Shown here: piece after piece, positions 35,662-45,800 of the stretch
How positions within the stretch are numbered: position 1 is the first letter of the stretch
Layout: every line of letters starts with the position of its first letter
IMG/VR virus record: IMGVR_UViG_3300020385_000008
Location: 33,657 to 97,656 of that record
Source: a virus
Reading direction: 5' to 3' (one strand)
Length of the DNA: 64,000 nt
Notes under the pieces: generated by a model
What the model was told of the DNA's origin: nothing
Database searches by the model: none
Seen by the model: the letters and a program-made list of their open reading frames with translations, nothing else
Translations under genes and position numbers: made by a program

Positions 35662-36471
35662 TTATTTATCGGGAGTATAGTCTATATTTTGTGTTGGGCT
35701 ATAAACTTTACTATCATAGAAAATTTCAGTTTTACCATCAAACCCAAAATTATCATTTGGACCAGCATCAATTGGATCTGGTACTACAGTGTAACGTACA
35801 TCTCTTGGGGAATTTCTCTTATGAGATGTATGATAATCGACCTGAACTTTTTTGATAAGACCACCGCCAGTAGAATCCAATGGACCAAATAAGTATGTTT
35901 TGGCAGTGAAAGACAATGTATAGATTATAATGTGGCGACCGGCAAAGTCACCTTCGTAGTCATCAGTAAAGTTAATGCTGTTTAAAACTACTGGAATATC
36001 CCTCTCCTCTCCAATTTCTTCTAATAAATCAACAGTAGTTGTACAAGCTGGTTGAAAATATGGTAAAATTTGCTCAACAATTTGTAAACAATCTTCATTA
36101 AGTTTTGCCATAATACTGAGTTCAAATTCAATATTATATGGAACTGGTAGATACACTTTGCGAAGTGTCTCACCCTCAGCGCCAGTTGCCTTAAATGTTT
36201 GTGTTGGTTTAGTTTTTCTTGTGGCATCGTATGAAATACCAGTCATCTCAAATGACATACGAGGTAGAGTTGTCTGTACTGGCTGATCTAACTCACCTTG
36301 CTGATTCAAACGTGCTAAAAACTTTTGAATTGGACCATATCCAAGACCCACTTTCATTACATTAATAACATCATCTGCGTTATTAAACTTTTGAATCTGT
36401 ATGCCGTTAAATAAATTTCCAAAAGCAACAACAGTTTTTTTAATTATACCGTGGTAAAAATATTCTCCCAC
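35662..36471 (-). CDS. gp15: Tail sheath stabiliser / completion protein
   Basis: YFYH, FGNLFN, LPRMSFE and QIVEQILPYFQP motifs. Confidence 0.95.
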   Translation of the reverse strand: MGEYFYHGIIKKTVVAFGNLFNGIQIQKFNNADDVINVMKVGLGYGPIQKFLARLNQQGELDQPVQTTLPRMSFEMTGISYDATRKTKPTQTFKATGAEGETLRKVYLPVPYNIEFELSIMAKLNEDCLQIVEQILPYFQPACTTTVDLLEEIGEERDIPVVLNSINFTDDYEGDFAGRHIIIYTLSFTAKTYLFGPLDSTGGGLIKKVQVDYHTSHKRNSPRDVRYTVVPDPIDAGPNDNFGFDGKTEIFYDSKVYSPTQNIDYTPDK

Positions 36472-36499
36472 AAAATCACACAGAAATACTATGCTCTAT

Positions 36500-37963
36500 T
36501 TATTCTCCAAATGGATTGTCCTCTGAGAAATAGTTCTCATTTGGATTAAAGAACTGATTATATTCGGAAGTATCAACTATAACATCAGCTTTTTCCTGAA
36601 TTACCTCATTTTGACTGTAACCATCTAGTTGTGTTTGTTCTGAGTCGAATGCCTTGAGAGAATACCTAGCACCACTATCCTCACCCTCAATAATTTCACC
36701 TGGTTGAAAATTAATAACGCTCCCTTTAGGTTCCAAATTAGTAATTTCTAATTGATAAGTCTCCGCATTCCACCCACGTACACGTGCCTGCATACCCGAT
36801 TCCCTACCGACAATTACTTCATTATATAAGTAAATACCCTCACCTACACTTGCAGGAGCAGAAACTACAACCTTAATATCCTCAGGTAAATCAGCTCCTG
36901 GGTCAGTAACCACAGCAGAGACAATTTTCTCACCATCAGTAAGTGCTAGTCCTTGAGCTAATGGATTATTGTCTAGATCATATACAATAATGTCAGCATC
37001 TTCGGGGTAACCATTACCCTCATTAGTAATTTCAAATTCAATAACACCTAATGAGTTTGAATTAATACCTGCTCTAATAATAACATCTGTACCACCGCCC
37101 CCGACAGCAACCACTTCTGGGTCTTCAGTATAACCAGATCCTCTAGAAAAAGATACCAACTGTTTTATTGCCTTTTCAACCAGATTAGAATCTGGGCGAG
37201 TTAAGAGTGCAATAACTTTAGGATCTGTTCCCCCTTTTGGTGGGGAATCTATCTTAATTGATGGTGGCTGATTGAAACTATTTCCTTCATTCAATATGAT
37301 CAATTCTCTAATATAACCAGTATCAGTTTTTGCAACAACCTCTGCTCTATTACTTAATGGTATTAAATCTAGAGTAGTAATAAATCCTTTGTTGATTATT
37401 GTAGTATCAATCTCACCAATTGTGGTGTCAAGGACTTCATCTTCGTATTCAAATAGTTGACACTGCAACTCGTAAGTATATCCATTACCTAGTTGGTAAA
37501 ATGGTTGCTCGTGTTCTACAAATTTAATTTCAAATAGTCTTCTGCCTAGTGGAAAATAGATTAGGTCCCCTTCCCTAGGTCTTTGAATTGTTTGTAATGT
37601 TCCCTCATCTTTGGGGGAATTCATAAGAAATAGCATCCTAGAATTCAAGAAAGGAGCGATATAGTCTTCATAACGCTCTCTTGAAATAGTCAGGGTGACT
37701 TCATCTTTGACTTGAATGCCAAACTTTGACATAATATCACCCTGACCACCATACCCATCATAATTATTGAGGTATGATTCAATAATAAAATAAGACCTAA
37801 AGGCAGAAGAAGTTACCTCCCTGATAATGGTTGCTTCCCTAATAAAAGTACGAGGAATATAATACACATCCATCCCATACATACGAATCTGTTCATTGAC
37901 CAGATCCTGCTGTAAGTTCTGTTCTTGTGTAGAACCGTGTAAAAAGAAGGGATTAACAACCAT
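36500..37963 (-). CDS. gp14: Neck protein (long cyanophage form)
   Basis: NPFF, RPREGDLIYFP and FEIKFVEHEQPFYQLG motifs; ends in NPFGE. Confidence 0.93.
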   Translation of the reverse strand: MVVNPFFLHGSTQEQNLQQDLVNEQIRMYGMDVYYIPRTFIREATIIREVTSSAFRSYFIIESYLNNYDGYGGQGDIMSKFGIQVKDEVTLTISRERYEDYIAPFLNSRMLFLMNSPKDEGTLQTIQRPREGDLIYFPLGRRLFEIKFVEHEQPFYQLGNGYTYELQCQLFEYEDEVLDTTIGEIDTTIINKGFITTLDLIPLSNRAEVVAKTDTGYIRELIILNEGNSFNQPPSIKIDSPPKGGTDPKVIALLTRPDSNLVEKAIKQLVSFSRGSGYTEDPEVVAVGGGGTDVIIRAGINSNSLGVIEFEITNEGNGYPEDADIIVYDLDNNPLAQGLALTDGEKIVSAVVTDPGADLPEDIKVVVSAPASVGEGIYLYNEVIVGRESGMQARVRGWNAETYQLEITNLEPKGSVINFQPGEIIEGEDSGARYSLKAFDSEQTQLDGYSQNEVIQEKADVIVDTSEYNQFFNPNENYFSEDNPFGE

Positions 37964-37968
37964 TTTTT

Positions 37969-38856
37969 TCAGCCTACAAAGTCTAGGGGTGGTAATTCAT
38001 AGGTGCTAGACATCTCTCGCTTGATTTCTTCAAGCTCTCTAACACCATCATCATATAATTGTCTTCCATTCATTTCAATTCCACCAGGCAATTTGGTGCC
38101 AGTGAATTTAATTAAGTTTTGACCCCATTGCTTCTTAATAGCAGAAACAAGGTATTTTTTAACCCAGCTATCATTATAGATCTCACAGAATTGCTGTGGA
38201 TCTAAAGCTCTATAGCAATCAATAACAATGATGCTTCCTACAGCAATATTTTGCCAATTAACATCTAGATACAAACGATCTTGACGCTTATTAAAACGAA
38301 TTATGGATGGTGGATTGTTTAAGAAATCAAATGTTGATCTCCACATTCCTGCGATATATGCAGTAATCATATCACCACCCCATAGGTAGCCTATACCACC
38401 CAGATATCCATATCCATTCAGTCCATAATAGGATGCCCCTGGACCAAGGAGCCCTCCTCCACCGATTAATCCTCCTAGAGGACCACCAGTAGCGCTGGGA
38501 GGAGTAAACACCTTTTCCACACCAATAATATGTGGAGGAAGTTGAATATAATTTGAGTTTTCAACATATTTGTCTACTGTGGGACCAGTAGCACCTGGAT
38601 ATGTTTGAATAGCAGTACTAATTCCAGGATTAACAAATGGATTATACTTTGATCCTCTGTCAATATCCTCTTGAGTAAATTCATACTTTAAGTAAGTACG
38701 AATTACCCCATCATAATGCCTCTCGTGGAAGTGCTGGATGGTGTCGTCAAGAATATCATCCAGTTGCTCATCAGCAACGTTAATCTCCAATACAGGGGCA
38801 CCTAGACGCCTTAGAGCGTACTCTACAAGCTCTTGCCTATTAGTTGGCTTTGACAT
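37969..38856 (-). CDS. gp13: Neck protein
   Basis: LRRLGAPVLEINV, ERHYDG and KKQWGQNLIKF.G.KLPGG motifs. Confidence 0.95.
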   Translation of the reverse strand: MSKPTNRQELVEYALRRLGAPVLEINVADEQLDDILDDTIQHFHERHYDGVIRTYLKYEFTQEDIDRGSKYNPFVNPGISTAIQTYPGATGPTVDKYVENSNYIQLPPHIIGVEKVFTPPSATGGPLGGLIGGGGLLGPGASYYGLNGYGYLGGIGYLWGGDMITAYIAGMWRSTFDFLNNPPSIIRFNKRQDRLYLDVNWQNIAVGSIIVIDCYRALDPQQFCEIYNDSWVKKYLVSAIKKQWGQNLIKFTGTKLPGGIEMNGRQLYDDGVRELEEIKREMSSTYELPPLDFVG

Positions 38857-39113
38857 TAAAAGAATCCCCCATCTATGGTATCTGTGAATCCTGTAATGTT
38901 AGTAACAGGATCAACAGTAAGAATACAAGATGATGTACTTAATTGACAGCTATTTACTATTGGACTAAAAACATCACCATTCCATACTGGAACAGATCCA
39001 ATTTTAATGTCAGTAAAATCGGTATCAGTCAGTCCCTCTAGGGATGATGGGACACCATTAGAAATAACACGGACAACATTTCTTTGTCCAATTTGATCGA
39101 GTAGATTTGCCAT
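38856..39113 (-). CDS. Small hypothetical virion protein
   Basis: LEGLTDTD motif and IDGGFF C-terminus; start overlaps the upstream stop. Confidence 0.65.
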   Translation of the reverse strand: MANLLDQIGQRNVVRVISNGVPSSLEGLTDTDFTDIKIGSVPVWNGDVFSPIVNSCQLSTSSCILTVDPVTNITGFTDTIDGGFF

Positions 39114-39646
39114 TAGTCGCTTCTCTCGTTATCTTTACTAGATGGGTTAGTCTGTACCCACTGTGAACTATCTTTATCGGTATAGTAGATGTACATACGA
39201 CCTTCAAGTGTGTTCCACCAGAGATTTCCTTCGATTGGATTTTCTGGGGGATGCTGACCAACCGTAACTGGTGGTGTTGATGGTGGGATAATTCCTGATT
39301 GCACGTCTGTTACTCCTGGATTTACTAGAGCCATGCCCTCAACAGCTCGGTAAACTTTACCGTCTGTTTTATTAATCAATATAACATCATATACATATCT
39401 ACCCTCTTTGAGAATAGAAGTTTGGGCGGCGGTGAGCGAAATAATAATTTCACCGGACTTTGGTTTTAGAATAGAGACATCGAATCCCAATCCAAATTTA
39501 GCACCAGAATGCTTTCTCAATTGACTAACACCCCTAAATTGGGTCAAGTTAATTGGGATAGAAGTTCCAGCGTCGTCCAACTTAAAGCTAGCCGAGAAGG
39601 TGGCACCTTGATCAATAGTAATATTTGATACGTAGGCACTAGCCAT
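39113..39646 (-). CDS. Virion structural protein (BppU-like N-domain plus fibre-type C-module)
   Basis: NITIDQGATF, LTAAQT..LK.GRYVYDV and VEG...V.PGVT motifs; C-terminal GNLWW..GRMYIYY..SSQWVQ. Confidence 0.75.
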   Translation of the reverse strand: MASAYVSNITIDQGATFSASFKLDDAGTSIPINLTQFRGVSQLRKHSGAKFGLGFDVSILKPKSGEIIISLTAAQTSILKEGRYVYDVILINKTDGKVYRAVEGMALVNPGVTDVQSGIIPPSTPPVTVGQHPPENPIEGNLWWNTLEGRMYIYYTDKDSSQWVQTNPSSKDNERSD

Positions 39647-39674
39647 GGAAGTTAAGTTCTATTGTATACTACTT

Positions 39675-39896
39675 CTATTTATGGATTATCTGTTTTATTA
39701 AAGATTTAAGCTCTTCAATTTCAGATTTAGCTATTTCTAATTGAAGTGTAAGAGATTCTAGAGTTTGATTTTTAGACCTAGAATACTCTCTTTTCCGAAT
39801 ATATGCGTCATATGCGTCTCTATTTGTATTTACAATAGCTCCCTCTGGAGTACGGTAGAGGTGATCAGTACCCTCTACCCTCATCTTTTTACTCAT
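39675..39896 (-). CDS. Conserved small coiled-coil protein
   Basis: VEG..HLYR...GAIVNT and EIEELKSLI motifs; usual position after the VrlC-like gene. Confidence 0.75.
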   Translation of the reverse strand: MSKKMRVEGTDHLYRTPEGAIVNTNRDAYDAYIRKREYSRSKNQTLESLTLQLEIAKSEIEELKSLIKQIIHK

Positions 39897-39898
39897 AA

Positions 39899-42800
39899 TT
39901 AACCTAATGCGATTGCTCTGATATCACTTAGTGAAGGTGACCTTGCCTCGTTAGTTCCACTGAATACAACCTTGATTTGGAAACCAGAGAATTCTGGTAG
40001 TGAATCAACGTCATATTGATACTCTAGATCTTCAAATCCATCTGGTCCAATCAAGCGACTAGCTCTAACTTTTTTGTTAGGTAGTCCACTATTCTTGGAT
40101 GGATCAATAATCCTATCACCAAATCCATCGCCATTAGTATCAATTAGATTATCATAGCCAGGGAACAATATCCACCCAGGTTCAGTAGCACCTTGAGTAT
40201 CACCAGCAAACAAACGATAACAAACACGGAAGTCTGCTGTTTCATCCCTATAAGCACTCAATAGAACTTTCAGAGCTGTTGCTGGATTATCTAGAATTAC
40301 TTTCTGTGATACGTAGATTGATCTATGTGGATCACCAATAATTCTATTTGTTCTAGGATCATCTGGGTAATTAGTGACTGGATTGTTTAAAGCAGAACGA
40401 AGTGTGAATAGAGATACTTGATTCATATCCATTACTGGAGACAAGTTAGCATCATCGGAACGCATAGTCAAAGCCATAGTCAATGACTTATCATTGGGTA
40501 GTCCTTCTAGATACTCAACTTCATTTACTAGTGAAGCAACTAGTCTTGGGGAGGGGAATGAGGTAAACGCATTCAAGGCGATTGGAGTATTACCCTGATC
40601 AACAAATGACTGTTCATTACCACCCGCACTAGTACCACTAACCGTTCTTATCTGGGTACTAACTTGTGTTGTATCACCAGGAGTAAGAAGACCTATGGAT
40701 GGATAGAGTGTATTAAATTGGAAGTTTTGGGATGTTCTTACTTTAGAACCTCCCGCCTGCTGATCCTGATTAAAACTCAATTGTGGTATGTATGGATTAA
40801 TACCAAAATCATTTGCTCTTGATCCTCTATCAATAACTAGAGGCAGAATCCCAAAGTCTCTAGTAAATCCTAGAATTTGGTTTGATGGTAATTGATGAGT
40901 GGTGTTAATTCTCCTCAAGGATACTCCACTCATTTCATATTTAAATACTCTAGAGCCTTGGTCGTGAATATTAACAGGAGTATTGTCAACGCCACGTGAT
41001 GTGATACCAAGAGTACCATCACCATTGTTGTCATACTCCATAACCTCACCACCAACCACTAGATAGCCAGTGCTTGTAGAAATTCCTTCAAAGGTATCAA
41101 ATAGTGCCTGATTAGCAATAGTTATTTGGTTGGATGAGATAGTAATACCTTCAACCAAGTCAGTTCCTTTTGTATCGGGAGCTGTATTGATAATTGAGAC
41201 TACATTATTATCTGCCATCATCCCGTGAGATGGTAGATCAACAACAAAGACATCTCCACCCGACATTGGATCAGCAACTTCACTCGTTTCAGTGAGCTGT
41301 ACTCCAGTATCAGTTAGTGTGTTAGTTGCTGCGTCGTATTCATTTAATGTATCAGTAGTAATAATACTCTGCCCTATTACATTGGTTAAAATAATAGTGT
41401 CTATGTTATTAATAGAATTAACATCAACTACGGCATCTCCACCAACACCACCAACATTTGCAGTAGTAATACCTAGAGTGTCGCCGACAAGATATCCAGT
41501 GCCAGGATTAATAATAGACAGTGAGCTTACGACTCCACCAGAAATAGTAACATCAGCGACAATATTTTTACCATCAGATGCGATGTTGAACAATGGAACT
41601 GATGGGAAAGTGCCATCAATATAACCAATACCACCAGAATTATTTGCTACATCCAATGTTTGAGCAGGACCACCTAGTGATTCAATATCACCAATTACTC
41701 TTGCGTCATTGGGAAAACCAGAAGCGGTAGATGCTATTTTTTGCCCAACCTCAAAAGGATAAGAAGTATTTCCAACTAGAAGACTCAACCTTCTAGGTAA
41801 AGTTCTCATTGGATTATTGGGGATTAGTGTATCATCTAAGATTGGTGGATTGTTTAGGAATACAGTACCAACGGAATCAAAGGCAGCCTTGTATAGGATA
41901 AACTTAAGATCTTCAAACTGGTTGGCTGTCCAAAGTGAGCCATTTTGAGACTTAAATAATGAACCATTCAAATACTGTTGAGAAATAATAGCTGTGCCAC
42001 CAACATTAGTGGTTGGGCTAGTAATATTCTCTTCACCCATCCTAGCAATCCATGCAGTGTATAGATCAGTAGTAGGAGCAAGCAATACTAGAGCGTAAGT
42101 TAAATCTGGCTCCAAATAAATTGGTGATGGGAATGTAACTCTAGTAGGAACTGACGCATCTGAAGAAACATTAATCTCATCAGGGGACAATACAACTTGA
42201 GCATAATTTTGAACCAAATTGCTATTTGGTGTTGCCAATTCTGTTGGTCTAATTTCAACTGTTAGATTATCTACTTCGGACTTGGTAGCCATAAAGATAT
42301 CTAAAGATGTCAAGAAAGCACCAGTCTCATCCACGCGGAATGTTTGTGCCAAAGGATCCCTAGGGGGAGCTGGGCGTGGTGGTGGGGGTGGTCTCCTAAT
42401 AATATTAGTGACATTTGTAACATTAGTAACGTTAGTAATAGGTTGTCTAACGATTACAAGAGGTCTTGGGGGTGGTGGTGGAACGCGGACGGTAACCACT
42501 GACGTGATTCTATTTTCAATAGTACCTCCAGACGTATACGTAGCTTCCGCGAATGAGATAATGGTTTGCCCTAGTTCTGGCTCTTCATTAGTTGAGCTAG
42601 AACTCAATCGCAATGTTCTGATACCCGTTCTCAATCTAAATGCGGGAGCAGGAACATTCAAGGGATCTCTAAAGAAGATAGAACCAGCTAGGTCGCAGAA
42701 AGCATCAGAGACTAATCTTAGCCTTGGAATATCTGCAACAGCACCACTCCTAGTTCCAACAATCCTCAAACCAGCAGAAATGTATCCAAAAAATCTTTGA

Positions 42801-45800
42801 TCTGCGATATCAGCTAGTGAAGAAATATCAATATTTAATATTGTAGATGATGCAGAATAATCATCAGAAATTTGTTCTGTTCTGATGTATGGATTTGTAG
42901 TATATTTCTGTGTTGGATCATCAAAAGGACCAGACTTGTGATTTTGTCTAGCAACACGAGCACTAAAGATCCGTGTGTTACCACTGAATACTTCAACCGT
43001 TTCTCCAACCTCAAAGGTACCTGATCGCATTGCGATCTCAACTAGTTTAGGTATAAAGTCTGCTCCAGACGCTCCCTCAAAGAATGGGAAGAATTCTGTT
43101 AGTGGTTTGATAGCACTAGCTCGGAATTCAATATTTCTTTCGCGCATAAACTGCGCAGTTTCCGTACTTTGAATAAAATTCTGCTCAAATGTAGCTACTT
43201 CAGGACCAAATACAGTCTCTCTTCTACTGCCAATAGTTCTAGAGACAATAAAATCATCACTAGAGGGAGAAACTATTAATTGACCATCATATAAAATAAC
43301 ATTAAATGGATTAACATTTTCGGTACGTGATGCTAAAGGCTGCTCTAACCAAGGTATTTCGTCATAGTTAAGTGTGACTAGATCTCCAGTTTTTTTAGTT
43401 GATGAATCAACCAAAGCCAAGTTCTGGTCTAGTGATGCATCATCGGGATTGATGAGAGGATCTAACTGCAACTGTAGAGCAATCGTAGCAAACTCAAATT
43501 GGCAGTCTAGAGTGCCAGTTCGGGAAGATACGTTTACGCTTGTTTCTGGATTGTCAAAATCTACAAAATCCGCAGTTCTAAAATCATCAGCAAAAAATCC
43601 ACTCTTAAATCTATCATTACCATCAGCATCCAGTACCTGTAGAGAATCTGTCCTTCTCTCCAATAGTGATAGAGATGTAACTTCTTCTAAAGACTCAATT
43701 CTATCTTCTAGATTTCCAATATCTCGCATCGTATAACGTCTATTATCGATAGTCTGAATAACAATATCGTCAATATTATATACATATGGTGGGTATGTAA
43801 TACGAGCAATCTCCATAGCAGCTTCTGCTGCTTCAGGTAACTTTGGTTCAGGTGCTGGGGCACCAAAAATTAACTTTAGTCCTCCTAATTTGTTTAGGAC
43901 TAATCTATCTTTTCTTCCAACATAAAAGTCATAGCCCAGAACCATACTCTCACCTGGAGCAGTTACTCTAACTACGGTTGATCCAGATTCAGCAAAATCT
44001 CTAGATGAATAATCAAATGGTGAAGCTGTAATTGATGTAAAGTCAGAAACACGTGGGCGGAAGTCTAGGGTGTCAGAAGCACGCAAAGTACGATTACGCA
44101 ACAATGGAACCCCTGTAGCAAAGATCTCTTCAACATAAGAATTTGCTGTGTAGAAATCGCCAGAATCATCAACAGGAACACCAAACTTATCGAAGATGAT
44201 AAGAATTCTTTTATTTGGTGCCGTGGCGCCACGACTCCTAATTAGGCGAGAAAAATCATAAAACTGCTCTCTTTGACCTTTATCTAAACTAAACTTATCA
44301 GTAATATTTTTATAGTTTCCTGGTTGGATTGCCTGTAAGTTTGTTTTAATATTGGACTCACTAAATACCAATGTTTCTCCAACAGTAAAGGTATTCTGAC
44401 TCAAATAAACTATTTTAACTGTGGAAGGAGTATTAGCTTCTACTAGTTTAGCAACAGCCCCACTAGTATTTCCTCTAATAAGTTCACCTTTAACTGTTGT
44501 AGTTTCTAGAGATAATCCATTAGTGAATCCCAATATATCTAATGTGGGGGGAGTGGCATCAAGTGATTCATATACTGCGGTAAGGGATTCAACATCAGCA
44601 GTATTTAATGAAATCTCTTCATCATCAACTCGTAATCCATAATAATCATTCTGAACCATTCCAAATTCTGGAGAGGTGATTTGGCTAATCCTATCCACCA
44701 AGAGAGTTTGACTCTTAATCAGAATTTTAGATTTTGATTTGATAGAAGGTTTAATAGCTGTTACATTTACAGTTATTCCAGCCTCATTAATCCTACTTAA
44801 CCCATTAAAAGTAATTACTGTACTATCACCTGTAATTTCAAACTGCTCAGAACCAACAGTTTCAATAACACCATCGCTATAGACAATAGAGTATCTTTCT
44901 TGGTCAAAAGGAACAAATAGCGCATCATTTACGCCAGTCAAAGTTCTATTGATAGTTAGAGTTGATCCTACAGTGGTTTCTTGATATACTTGAGTTGTAA
45001 AGTATAGTTGTGAGTTATTTAGATTTACCTTGGAGATATTCTTTTTCTCCATTTCAATGTACAACGCAGAATTCTCAGTATTGAGAAGTCTAGATTCTGA
45101 TGCTCTTAAGTTTACACTAGTTCTAGTGCCAGATGGTAGGGCTCCACTAGCGACATTGGGTACAGAAGCGACTGGACCAACGGTCATATTTAGATCGTTG
45201 AGACCAAGAGACAATACTCTATTGTAAACTAATGTGGAATTTACAGTATCTTGCCATATTACAATATCACCAACATCAAATCCATCAAATAATCTACCAG
45301 GACAAGTAATTAATCCACCTGCAGTAACAGTAAAGCTATCTGAAGCGGTAAAATTATTGGGAACTCTTGGATATAATTTAGTATCAGCCCTAAAATCTGT
45401 GGAAATATTTGGATTAATAGATGTAGTATCTTGGAATAATGACTTTACTTGATTTTGCTTGTAAATAATTACGTCAGTTGTTGAGAATCTATCTTCAGTA
45501 GATCCATTTACAGAGAATTGCTCTCCACGAATAAATTCTCCACTGGTATCTGTTAAGAAAATCTCTTGTCCAACTATGCTTCTAACATAACCAGAAGCAT
45601 TTGAACTCAAACCTTGTAATCTGAATCCTGGAATAATCTTACTGCCAATAGGAACATTGGCGGTAATGCGAGTAAAAATTTGTAAGTCATATAGATACAC
45701 ATTCCAAGGGGTCTGTGGTCCCGTGAAAGCAGCGTCTTCTAGTGAATAGCTATAAATCCTAGCCTCACCAATTAAGCTTCCTGTGGGGTTCTTAGAGCCG

